A DNA stretch of 64,000 bases from an uncultured Solirubrobacterales bacterium (GTDB lineage Bacteria; Actinomycetota; Thermoleophilia; Solirubrobacterales; Solirubrobacteraceae), in contig CAWKEO010000010.1 in the NCBI GenBank assembly GCA_963848745.1, forward strand, positions 2,020 to 66,019. The letters are read 5' to 3'. Below the pieces are notes generated by a model. The model ran no database searches. It was not told where the DNA came from and saw only the letters and a list, made by a program, of their open reading frames with translations. The translations under genes and the position numbers were made by a program. Shown piece after piece: positions 20,118 through 28,583 of this stretch; position 1 is the first letter of the stretch; each line of letters opens with the position of its first letter.

Positions 20118-20588
20118 TTATTTCGCCGCGGGGCGCAATTCCGCCTCGAACGACTGCGAGATGCGCTCAAGCGCGCCGTTCTCGGCGACCACGTACGCGC
20201 CGGTGCGCCGGAGCGGCGGCGAGTAGGCGTGAATCGTCAGCGCCGGTCCGTCGCCGCTGTGCAGAACGCGATGGATGGCGTTCGGGGGCACGAAGAACGG
20301 AGCGCCGGCCGCGATCGTGCGCGACGCCGGCGCACCGCTCAGCCGCAGGCGATCTTCGCGGACCTCGCCACCGAGGACCATGATCGCTGCGGCCGATTCG
20401 TCGTGATCGTGGAAGCCGGTGTCCTGATCCTCGCTCCAGCAGATGACCCAGGCGTTGACGTCCGCGTCGTCCCACACCTGCTCGTAGACGCGGGCATCGC
20501 GGCGGTAGCGCACGTGCGGGCGCCACAACTCCGGCGTGTCGGCCAGGCGGCACACGAACGCCTCGAGCTCCGCTGGCGTGAGGCTCAT
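20118..20588 (-). CDS. Cysteine dioxygenase family (thiol dioxygenase, cupin) protein
   Basis: WVICW...DTGFHDH, IHRV and TIHAYSPPL, giving a 3-His iron site and the HxY motif. Start overlaps the amidohydrolase stop. Confidence 0.88.
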   Translation of the reverse strand: MSLTPAELEAFVCRLADTPELWRPHVRYRRDARVYEQVWDDADVNAWVICWSEDQDTGFHDHDESAAAIMVLGGEVREDRLRLSGAPASRTIAAGAPFFVPPNAIHRVLHSGDGPALTIHAYSPPLRRTGAYVVAENGALERISQSFEAELRPAAK

Positions 20589-21508
20589 GCCGGCGCTCCC
20601 ACGGGGACGAGGAGGGCGGTGGCGTTCTCCTGCAGGATCGCCTCGCGGCCGCACGGTTCGGGTTCGACGACCGGGCGGTCGGATCCGTAGAGGAGCTGGG
20701 ACTCGCCGATCCGGCGGCTGAACAGCTCGATGGCTGCCGGCCCGTAGCTCGAGACGTCGTAGAACGTGAGCGGGTCACGCAGGTCGAGCCCCGGTCCGCC
20801 CCGGGTGCGCAGCCGCTCGGACTGCATCGGCGCACCGCCCGCGAGCATGGCGAACACCACGCGCAGATGAGGATGCTGGCGACGGCCGAACGCGGCGAAG
20901 GTGAGCCAGGCGGCCTGCATCTGGGAGACGTAGTCGGTCAACGCCCGCCACCACAGCGGCTCGCCCAGGCGCGGCTCGGTCCCCCGCTGCCCGGGCGCCC
21001 GGCCCGGGTGGACGAACAGCGGAACCTGATGCTCGGCCACCCGCTCGAGCACGGGGCCGAGCACCTCGAGGCGGTCCGGGCCCTCGAGTGCGCCGGCCGG
21101 AACCGAGATGCCGATGCAGCCGCGCTCGAGGAGCGCGTCGACGTCGTCGGGCTCGACGCCGTCCAAGGCCAAGGGCCCCCAGGCGTCGAAGCGTTCGGGC
21201 AGCGCGGCCACGCCCTCGAGATGGGCGTCGATGAGCTCGAGTGCGCTCTCGCGCGGCAGCGCTTCGATACCGATCGGGCTGGAGAGCGCGATCACGACGC
21301 GATCGAGCCGGTCGGCGCCGGCCAGCGCCTCGCGGCGGGTCGGTAGCTCGGCCGCCTCGTCGATGACGTAGGCCTGCTCACCGGAGCTGTGCAGGACGGT
21401 CAGTCCGCCGCTGCGGCGCACGAGGGGGAGCGCCCGGCGCTCGGTGAGCCGCTCGAGCAGCGACGCCGTCCAGATGTGCTGGTGCATGTCCGTCCGCACG
21501 GCAGCCAT
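20585..21508 (-). CDS. Amidohydrolase_2 family protein (ACMSD-like fold)
   Basis: DMHQH, PLFVHPG, FYDVSSYG and YGSDRP. Confidence 0.85.
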   Translation of the reverse strand: MAAVRTDMHQHIWTASLLERLTERRALPLVRRSGGLTVLHSSGEQAYVIDEAAELPTRREALAGADRLDRVVIALSSPIGIEALPRESALELIDAHLEGVAALPERFDAWGPLALDGVEPDDVDALLERGCIGISVPAGALEGPDRLEVLGPVLERVAEHQVPLFVHPGRAPGQRGTEPRLGEPLWWRALTDYVSQMQAAWLTFAAFGRRQHPHLRVVFAMLAGGAPMQSERLRTRGGPGLDLRDPLTFYDVSSYGPAAIELFSRRIGESQLLYGSDRPVVEPEPCGREAILQENATALLVPVGAPA

Positions 21509-21616
21509 TCTACACAAAGTCAGTTGTGTTTGTCGAGAATGCGGCCGTCTGGATCCAGCGCCGGGGGAGAGCCGCGGCCAATCGCTCAGCAGGGGCAGCC
21601 CGGCGGAGGCGCACCG

Positions 21617-22978
21617 CTACTGAAAGATCTCAGTGGTGCAGTCCCCGCCCGGCAGGTGGATCTCGTGCGGGCGGGCGCCGTCGGCCTGCTCGTGGAAGTC
21701 GACGAAGAAGTCGGGGTCGAGCGCGTAGCTCCCGTCGCCCTGGCGCTCGAGCTTGGTCAGCCAGCCGCGCAGGCCGGGATAGAACTGGTTGTCCCAGGTC
21801 GAGTAGAGCGAGTTGCTCACGTACACCCGCTCGCCGTCGAGCGAGGTCTGGAGCATCTGCGGACCGCCGGTCAGCACCTGGCCCGACTTCGGATGGCCTC
21901 CGTCGCGGCCGAGCAGGCCGCCCAACCAGACCTGAGAGCGCAGGACGGGGCGCTCGGGGTCGGAGACGTCGTAATGGCGCAGGTCGCCGTGCAGCCAGTT
22001 GGAGAAGAACAGCTCGCGGTCGTCGAGCGAGAGCACGAGGTCGGTGATCAGCCCGGGCACCCCACCCTCGAGCGGCCAGCCCTCGAGCGGCTCGTTGCCG
22101 ACGTCGATCACCTTTTGCGCCGCCCACGACCCGTTCGGCCGGTGAAAGCGGATGATGTTGCTCGACAGCGTGGCGCCGACGAACCCCTGCGCGGACGCCG
22201 GATCGTGCTGCCAGCGGATCTCGAGCGGGATGAGCCCATCCTCGCCGAGATCGAGCGTCTGCACCTTTGTCCGGCGCTCGAGATCCCAGAAGTGCAGTCG
22301 GCGGCCGTACTTGCCCTCTGCCACGTCGGCCGGGTTGAAGCCGTCCTGGAACGTGTTCGGCGCGCCCCACTCGCTGGAGACGAGCGTGCCGTGCCGGGGC
22401 TGATACCAGAAGTCGTACATGAACTGCATGTCGCCGGCGTCGCGCTCCCAGCGCTCAGCGATCGAGAAATCGCGAGCGTCGAGCACGGCGAAGCCGCCCG
22501 GGGCGTTGCCCTCGGCGTCGCCGAGCATCGAGATCGTGACGATGTCGCCGGGCATGCAGTGCACGGTGTGGGGCGCACTCAGGCCGAGCTTCTCCTTGAT
22601 CTCCTCGCCCTCGATGACGTCCTTGATGCGCGGGGCGCGCGGCTCGGAGATGTCGAGGATGTGGATGCGCGAGGAGCGAAAGCCGGGAACGATCAGCGTG
22701 TCGCGCTGCAGCTGGGAGTGGCAGGCCGACGAGCAGGCGTTCCAGCCGAAGTGGTGGAGCTCGTCGCCGACGTTCGGCATCTCTGTGCGGTGGACGATCT
22801 CGCCGTACTGGGGCGAGGCGGGGTCGGTGTCGACGACCGCGATGAAGTCCGGTCGCTCGATCCCAGTGCCCTCGTACAGCGCGGCGACGTAGGCGAAGGA
22901 CTCGGCCGGTTGGCGGCGCGCATCCTCGGGCGAGGCGTAACCGGGGCCGGTGTGGTGATGGTGATCGTGGGCGCTCAC
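21617..22978 (-). CDS. Selenium-binding protein SBP56 family, SELENBP1-type methanethiol oxidase
   Basis: GPGYASP, DELHHFGWNACSSAC, PHTVHC, YDFWYQPRH, SEWG, SNWLHGDLRHY, GGPQMLQ, SLYSTWDNQFYP and HEIHLPGGDCT, collinear with human SELENBP1 motifs as I recall them. No signal peptide. Confidence 0.92.
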   Translation of the reverse strand: MSAHDHHHHTGPGYASPEDARRQPAESFAYVAALYEGTGIERPDFIAVVDTDPASPQYGEIVHRTEMPNVGDELHHFGWNACSSACHSQLQRDTLIVPGFRSSRIHILDISEPRAPRIKDVIEGEEIKEKLGLSAPHTVHCMPGDIVTISMLGDAEGNAPGGFAVLDARDFSIAERWERDAGDMQFMYDFWYQPRHGTLVSSEWGAPNTFQDGFNPADVAEGKYGRRLHFWDLERRTKVQTLDLGEDGLIPLEIRWQHDPASAQGFVGATLSSNIIRFHRPNGSWAAQKVIDVGNEPLEGWPLEGGVPGLITDLVLSLDDRELFFSNWLHGDLRHYDVSDPERPVLRSQVWLGGLLGRDGGHPKSGQVLTGGPQMLQTSLDGERVYVSNSLYSTWDNQFYPGLRGWLTKLERQGDGSYALDPDFFVDFHEQADGARPHEIHLPGGDCTTEIFQ

Positions 22979-23478
22979 GGGGCTCCTTCGGGGGTGAGGG
23001 ATCGACGGGTGGTGATATCGGCGCACTGCTCGCACACCGATGCGGGCACGAACCCGGCCCGCATGAGCAGGGCGAAGACCTTGCAGCCCAGGCAGTACGC
23101 GAGCACGGACTCCAGGCCCGCTGCGATCGCGAGCAGGGCGAGCACGGCGTCGGCCGCCGTGTGTGCGGCCAGAACGAAGCCGAGGACGAGGGCAAGGGTC
23201 GACATGGCGGCGCCCATGCCCTGGGCGAAGCGCTTGGGCGGTCCGGGCACCGGCCGGCGGGCGCCCAGGCGGGGCGCGATCAGGTTCTGGGCGCTCCAGC
23301 CGAGCGGGCTCAGGGTGGGGCCGGTGAGCACCCGGGCCCAGAACCCGTAGGTGAGCGGGACGAGGAGCCAGTACTGCGCGGTGGCCAGCGTGAGCACGGC
23401 CAGTGCGAGCACGCCGCCGGCGACGACCCGGGCGGCCTTCTCGTTGACGGGATCGGGAAAGGCAAACAGGCGAGACAT
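22975..23478 (-). CDS. DUF4395 membrane protein
   Basis: VNEKAARVVA, GPPKRFAQGMG, GLESVLAYCLGC and C-terminal CEQC. GTGA overlap with the SBP56 gene. Confidence 0.85.
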   Translation of the reverse strand: MSRLFAFPDPVNEKAARVVAGGVLALAVLTLATAQYWLLVPLTYGFWARVLTGPTLSPLGWSAQNLIAPRLGARRPVPGPPKRFAQGMGAAMSTLALVLGFVLAAHTAADAVLALLAIAAGLESVLAYCLGCKVFALLMRAGFVPASVCEQCADITTRRSLTPEGAP

Positions 23479-23550
23479 GGACGTTTCTCGACTTAAAAGG
23501 TAGACTAGCTGATGTTGGTCAGAATGACCGATTCAAGGGGGTGGGTATCG

Positions 23551-24900
23551 ATGTTCTTCCGGCAGGTCATCCACGATGATCTCGCCTGCGCTTCATACCT
23601 GATCGCCGATGGCGGTGAGGCGGCGGTGGTCGACCCGAAGTGGGAGATCCACGACTACCTGCGGCTCGCCGCCGAGGCGGGAGCGGAGATCCGACACGTG
23701 CTGGAGACCCACCACCACGCCGATCACGTATCGGGTCGCGCGCGGCTGCAGGCGGTCACGGGCGCGTCGGCTCACGTGCCCGGCGATGGCGGGCACGAGG
23801 GCGAGCGCGTGCGGGTCGGCCAGGTCGAGATCGAGGCCGTGGCCACGCCCGGCCATCGCCCCGAGCACACCGCCTACCTCGTCATCGACGGCGGCCGCGA
23901 CGGCGCCGAGCCGTGCCTGCTGCTGTCAGGCGACTCCCTGCTCGTCGGCGACCTCGCCCGCCCCGACCTCGCCGGCGCCGCTCGGGAGGGCGCGTCGGCG
24001 CTGTTCGACACGGTTCAGCGCGTGCTCGGATTCGGCGATCACGTCGAGCTGTGGCCCGCCCACGTGGGTGGCTCGTTGTGCGGCGGCGGCGCGCTGTCGG
24101 CCCGGCGCTCATCGACGATCGGCTACGAACGGCGGGTCAACCCCCTGCTGTCCTGCGGCGAGCGCGAGCAGTTCGTCACGGCGCTCACCCGATGTTTGCC
24201 ACCGCGGCCTCCCACGGTTGAGCGTGTGGTGGCGCTCAACCGCTCCGGCGCCGAGTCTCCCGCTCCGCTCGCGTCCCTGGGCGTCACCGAGCTCCTGGAG
24301 CTCGTCGACGGCGGCGCCACCATCCTCGACGTCCGCCCTTCCGAGCAGTTCGATGCCGCGCACCTCGCCGGTGCGATCAACCTCCCGGCCGCCGGCACCG
24401 GCCTCGGCACCCGGGCCGGGTGGGCCATCGCGCCGGGGGTTCCGATCGTGATCGTCGCGGGCGAGCTGGCGGCGGCGCACCAGGTGGCCGAGCGGCTGTA
24501 TGCCGCCGGGGTGTGGGACCTGTCCGGGGTCGTGCGGTGCGACCTCGCCGCCTGGCGGTCGGCCGGCCTGGCCGTCCGTCGCGCCCCGGTGCTCACGCCC
24601 GAGCTCCTGGCCGCCCAGCTGCGCGTTGGTGGCGCCCACCTGCTCGATGTACGCGACGACGCCGAGTGGCAGGCCGGCCACGTGGCCGGGTCGATCCACA
24701 TGGCGCTGCCGGTGCTTGGTGACGGCAGCCGGGCCGTGCTGCCGGTTGACCGGCCGCTCGCGGTCGCCTGCGCGAGTGGGCGCCGAGCCGCCCTGGCGGC
24801 CAGCGTCCTGCGCCGGCGGGGGTACGCGGATGCGGCTCGGGTCACCGGCGGGGTACCCGACCTTGCCCATCACGGCGTGCGGCTGGTCAGGGGGGCGTGA
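23551..24900 (+). CDS. MBL-fold persulfide dioxygenase-rhodanese fusion (CstB-like)
   Basis: SYLI, ETHHHADH, TPGHRPEH, GDSLLVGD.ARPD, PAHVGGSLCGG and STIGYE, followed by two rhodanese domains (LDVR), the last with active loop CASGRRA. Confidence 0.9.
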   Translation: MFFRQVIHDDLACASYLIADGGEAAVVDPKWEIHDYLRLAAEAGAEIRHVLETHHHADHVSGRARLQAVTGASAHVPGDGGHEGERVRVGQVEIEAVATPGHRPEHTAYLVIDGGRDGAEPCLLLSGDSLLVGDLARPDLAGAAREGASALFDTVQRVLGFGDHVELWPAHVGGSLCGGGALSARRSSTIGYERRVNPLLSCGEREQFVTALTRCLPPRPPTVERVVALNRSGAESPAPLASLGVTELLELVDGGATILDVRPSEQFDAAHLAGAINLPAAGTGLGTRAGWAIAPGVPIVIVAGELAAAHQVAERLYAAGVWDLSGVVRCDLAAWRSAGLAVRRAPVLTPELLAAQLRVGGAHLLDVRDDAEWQAGHVAGSIHMALPVLGDGSRAVLPVDRPLAVACASGRRAALAASVLRRRGYADAARVTGGVPDLAHHGVRLVRGA

Positions 24901-25940
24901 TGGGACTTCGCGAGCATCCCGTCGAGGAGCCCGCCGCTGCCTGGTCCCCGACGCCCCTGCGCGCGCTCGGAGAGCCGGAGATCGCATCCGAGGCGCACTT
25001 CGTGCGCGACCACTTCCCGGTTCCCGACCTCGACCCGCTGAGCTGGTCGGTCCGGCTCGAGGGCGCCCACCGGCACCTCGCCCTCACCGCGGCCGGGCTG
25101 GCCACCCGCCGGCAGCGGAGCCTGCGCGTGGTGCTCGAGTGCGCCGGCAACCGCCGGCGCGAGTTCAGCCCGCCGGCGCCGGGCCTGCAGTGGGGGGCTG
25201 GAGCGGTTGGCGAGGCGGTGTGGAGCGGGGTGACGCTCGGACCCCTGCTGGTTGCCTCGGGCATCCCGGCCACGGCCACGCACGTGGTGCTCGAGGGGGC
25301 CGATCACGGCAGCTTCGCCGGCCTGGAGGGTGAGCACCGGTTTGCCCGCAGCCTCCCGCTCGAGAAGGCGCTCCACGGCGACGTGCTGCTCGCCCTGGCC
25401 ATGGGCGGCGAGCCAATCCCCGTGCGCCGAGGCGGGCCGGTACGAGCGATCGTGCCCGGCTGGTACGCCACCGACTCGGTCAAGTGGCTGGCGCGGATCG
25501 CGTTTGCCGACGGGCCCTGTACCGGTCCGTTCGAAGCGCTCGAATACCGGCTGGGGCAGGTCGGTGCGCCTCCGGAGGACGGGGAGCGCCTCACTGCGCT
25601 CGCCCTCAACTCGCTCATCACCGATCCGGCGCCGGAGTCGGTGCTCCCGGCCGGGCGGGCATGGGTGCGGGGCATCGCCTGGGGCGGCGTGGGCGGTGTG
25701 GGTGGGGTCGAGGTTGCGCTCGAGGGCGGCGGCTCCTGGGCGGCGCGGCTCGGGCGCGCGCGCGGACCCTACGCCCGGCGGCTGTGGGAGTGCGAGTGCG
25801 CGCTGCCGCCCGGACGGCACAGGCTCACGAGCTGCGCCTGGGACCTCTCGGGCTCCGTTCAGCCGGTGCGGCCGGCGCCCAATGCCGGCGGCTACGCCAA
25901 CAACGCCGTGCACCGGGTCGAGGTGCGGGTTCGCAGCTAG
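24897..25940 (+). CDS. Sulfite oxidase family molybdoenzyme (Mo domain plus dimerisation domain, no heme, no signal peptide)
   Basis: FVRDHF, Mo-ligand LECAGNRR, W..GAVGEAVWSG, FARSLP, GGPVRAIVPGWYA..SVKWL and NAGGYANN. Overlaps the upstream stop. Confidence 0.88.
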   Translation: MMGLREHPVEEPAAAWSPTPLRALGEPEIASEAHFVRDHFPVPDLDPLSWSVRLEGAHRHLALTAAGLATRRQRSLRVVLECAGNRRREFSPPAPGLQWGAGAVGEAVWSGVTLGPLLVASGIPATATHVVLEGADHGSFAGLEGEHRFARSLPLEKALHGDVLLALAMGGEPIPVRRGGPVRAIVPGWYATDSVKWLARIAFADGPCTGPFEALEYRLGQVGAPPEDGERLTALALNSLITDPAPESVLPAGRAWVRGIAWGGVGGVGGVEVALEGGGSWAARLGRARGPYARRLWECECALPPGRHRLTSCAWDLSGSVQPVRPAPNAGGYANNAVHRVEVRVRS

Positions 25941-26770
25941 AGCGCCGCCTCGGCGGGGAGGCCGGCGAGCGCGGCGGTGCGCTCCCACAGCTCGCGCGCG
26001 AGCTCGGGGTCGCGGGCCTGCGCGCTTGGCCGGGCGACCTTCTCATCCTGGACGTACTCTCCGTTCAGGCTGGCCGCCTCCTCAGAGACGGCGAGCCATA
26101 CGAGTGAGCGGGCACCGCGCTCGGGGGAGCGGAAGAAGGGGCCGGCCACCGTGGTCAGGAGCTTCCAGATCCCGTTCTCGTTCTTGCCGAAGCCCGTGCG
26201 CACGACCCCGGGGTGGAAGCAGTTGGCGTGCAGCTCGGGGGCGCGGCGGGCAAGCTCGCGCGTGAACAGGATGTTGCACAGCTTCGAGGTGCCGTAGACG
26301 CGCATGGCCCGGTAGCCCTGCTCGGACTGAAGGTCGTCCAGGTTGAGCACGCCGGCCGTGTGGGCGTCGGAGGCGGTGGTGAGGACACGGCCGCCCTCGA
26401 GGCGGTCGCGGAGCAGATGGGTGAGCAGGAACGGCGCCATGTGGTTGAGCGCGAAGGTGTGCTCGAGCCCCTCGTCGGTGAGGTGGCGGGAGGCGAACAG
26501 GGCGCCCGCGTTGTTGGCCAGCACGTCGATGTGCTCGTGACGGGCACGGAGATCCTCGGCCAGGCGGCGGACCTCGGACATCAGAGCGAGGTCCGCGCAG
26601 TGCTCGTGGACCGGTGCGCCGGTACCGGCGGCTCGGGCCTGCTCCGCGGTGGCGGCCACCCGTTCCGGTTCGCGGCCGACGAGCGCGAGCTCGACCCCGG
26701 CGGCGGCGAGGGCGATCGCGGCCGCCTGCCCGATGCCCCGGGTGCTACCGGTAAGAACGACAACCGTCAC
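25937..26770 (-). CDS. SDR family oxidoreductase (retinol dehydrogenase-like)
   Basis: TGSTRGIG, NNAG, YGTSK and HPGVVRT. Confidence 0.92.
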   Translation of the reverse strand: MTVVVLTGSTRGIGQAAAIALAAAGVELALVGREPERVAATAEQARAAGTGAPVHEHCADLALMSEVRRLAEDLRARHEHIDVLANNAGALFASRHLTDEGLEHTFALNHMAPFLLTHLLRDRLEGGRVLTTASDAHTAGVLNLDDLQSEQGYRAMRVYGTSKLCNILFTRELARRAPELHANCFHPGVVRTGFGKNENGIWKLLTTVAGPFFRSPERGARSLVWLAVSEEAASLNGEYVQDEKVARPSAQARDPELARELWERTAALAGLPAEAAL

Positions 26771-26881
26771 GTCCGTGGAGTCTACGGTGGCGCTCCTGCC
26801 GGACTACGGTGAGGGCGAATACCGAACTACGGAAATGGCCATTGCTGGTATAGGCCTTGCGGGCGGCGGCCGAAGATAGGG

Positions 26882-27017
26882 GTGCAGCCCACTGACCGCG
26901 CATCACGCGCGGTCGGGTCTGACTCGGCCCCCCCGGTCCCTGCTCGAGGAAGAACCTCCCGGGGCTGCACTGGGTTGACTCGCCGGAGGGTCTGCATGCG
27001 CTCCGGCGAGTCGACTC
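26882..27017 (+). ncRNA. Candidate structured non-coding RNA (unassigned family)
   Basis: Closing stem GTGCAGCCC (26882-90) / GGGCTGCAC (26962-70) encloses two hairpins and a C7 tract. A 17-bp hairpin with two G-U pairs follows at 26972-27017. Confidence 0.4.
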
Positions 27018-27042
27018 GGACTCACCGTAGGATGGCGCTGGC

Positions 27043-27669
27043 ATGACCGACTCCGGGGTGATCGCAGGCGAGGATGGCGTGTGCCGCTGCTCGTGGGGCG
27101 CCGGGCCGCCCGAGTACCGCACCTACCACGACGACGAGTGGGGCTACCCGGTGGCCGACGACGTGCGGCTGTTCGAGAAGCTCTGCCTGGAGGGCTTCCA
27201 GTCCGGCCTGTCGTGGCTGACCATCCTGCGCAAGCGGGAGGCGTTCCGGCGCGCGTTCGCCGGCTTCCGATTCGAGCGCGTGGCCTCGTTCGACGACGGT
27301 GACGTCGAGCGCCTGCTCGGCGACGCCGGGATCATCCGCCACCGGGGCAAGATCGAGGCGACGATCAACAACGCCCGCCGGGCACTCGAGCTGGTGGAGC
27401 AGGAGGGGTCACTGGCGGCGTTCCTGTGGCGGTTCGAGCCCCCGGCGGTGGACGAGCGCCTGGACCGGGCGCAGTTGGTCGCGCGCGCGGTGACGGCGGA
27501 GTCGACGGCGCTGGCCCGCGAGCTGAAGCGCCGGGGCTGGCGGTTCGTCGGTCCGACCACGGTCTATGCGTTCATGCAGGCGATGGGGCTGGTGAACGAC
27601 CACCTGCATGGGTGCGATGCGCGCGAGCGAGTGGCGGCGGCGCGGGCGGGATTCACCCCGCCGGGGTGA
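27043..27669 (+). CDS. tag: DNA-3-methyladenine glycosylase I
   Basis: RCSW, YHDDEWG, LFEKLCLEGFQSGLSW, GIIRHRGKI and FVGPTTVYAFMQAMGLVNDH...C. Confidence 0.96.
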   Translation: MTDSGVIAGEDGVCRCSWGAGPPEYRTYHDDEWGYPVADDVRLFEKLCLEGFQSGLSWLTILRKREAFRRAFAGFRFERVASFDDGDVERLLGDAGIIRHRGKIEATINNARRALELVEQEGSLAAFLWRFEPPAVDERLDRAQLVARAVTAESTALARELKRRGWRFVGPTTVYAFMQAMGLVNDHLHGCDARERVAAARAGFTPPG

Positions 27670-27743
27670 GGTCGGGAGGCGGGGACTTCGCCGCGCCGTG
27701 CCTGCTGGCGATGAGTTTCCCCCTCTGCGACAGTCTCGGTTTC

Positions 27744-28346
27744 ATGACGAAGACATCTGCTCATCTCTCGATCTCCCTTGACGGCTACGTCGCCGGGCCA
27801 AGACAGGATCGCGGGAACCCGATCGGTGTTGGTGGCCTGCGGCTGCACCAGTGGCACCTGGTTGAGCCGTTCCACGAGGGAGACACCCGCTCCCGCGACC
27901 ACCTGGCCAAGAAGCGTGGTGCGTATGTGATGGGCCGGAACATGTTCGGTCCGATCCGCGGCGAGTGGGACGGGGAATGGCGCGGGTGGTGGGGTGACGA
28001 GCCGCCCTACCACGCGCCCGTGTTCGTGCTCACGCACTACGCGCACGAGCCAATCGAAATGGACGGCGGTACGACGTTTTACTTCGTCACCGACGGCTTT
28101 GACGCCGCCTACGCGCAGGCGGTGGCGGCTGCGGGCGAGCACGAGGTCCTGATCGCGGGCGGCGCCTCGACGGTGCGCCAGGCGTTCGGCGCGGGCGTCA
28201 TCGACGAGCTGGTGCTCGACATCGCGCCGGTGCTCCTCGGCGGAGGCGAGGCACTATTCGAGGGCGTCGCCGACCCAGGGCTCGAGCCGGTCGAGGTGAT
28301 CCACTCGCCCAAGGCGACGCATATCACCTATCGCGTCGGCGGTTGA
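27744..28346 (+). CDS. Dihydrofolate reductase-like (RibD C-terminal) family protein
   Basis: SISLDGYVAG, VMGRNMF, PVFVLTH, IAGGA and IDELVLDIAPVLLGGG. Confidence 0.9.
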   Translation: MTKTSAHLSISLDGYVAGPRQDRGNPIGVGGLRLHQWHLVEPFHEGDTRSRDHLAKKRGAYVMGRNMFGPIRGEWDGEWRGWWGDEPPYHAPVFVLTHYAHEPIEMDGGTTFYFVTDGFDAAYAQAVAAAGEHEVLIAGGASTVRQAFGAGVIDELVLDIAPVLLGGGEALFEGVADPGLEPVEVIHSPKATHITYRVGG

Positions 28347-28540
28347 GCGCTCGCCGCTGGACGTCCAGTGCGTCGCGGCGGTTCGTAAAAGTTCCTCATC
28401 GCGAACGGACAGTCCGCGGTCGGCTCGCGTCCGCCGGGAGATCGGTGCCTGCGGGCGTCCCAGCCTTGGCGGAGTCCGGCCGGGGCGAGCGCCCTGGCGG
28501 GCTGGGGAAAAACGGCATTTGCGTAGCTGGCCGGCGGGTG

Positions 28541-28563
28541 CTACTTTCCTAGCAGGAAAGTAG
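28541..28563. promoter_or_regulatory. Putative operator of the downstream winged-helix regulator
   Basis: Perfect inverted repeat CTACTTTCCT-AGC-AGGAAAGTAG just before RBS GAGGAGG. Confidence 0.65.
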
Positions 28564-28583
28564 TTTCCACCGAGGAGGCAGAG

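Noticed and set aside
21617..22978. Selenocysteine or selenium-utilisation system suggested by the name selenium-binding protein
   Set aside because: No in-frame TGA read-through, SECIS-like context or sel genes were seen. The family's established activity is methanethiol oxidation.
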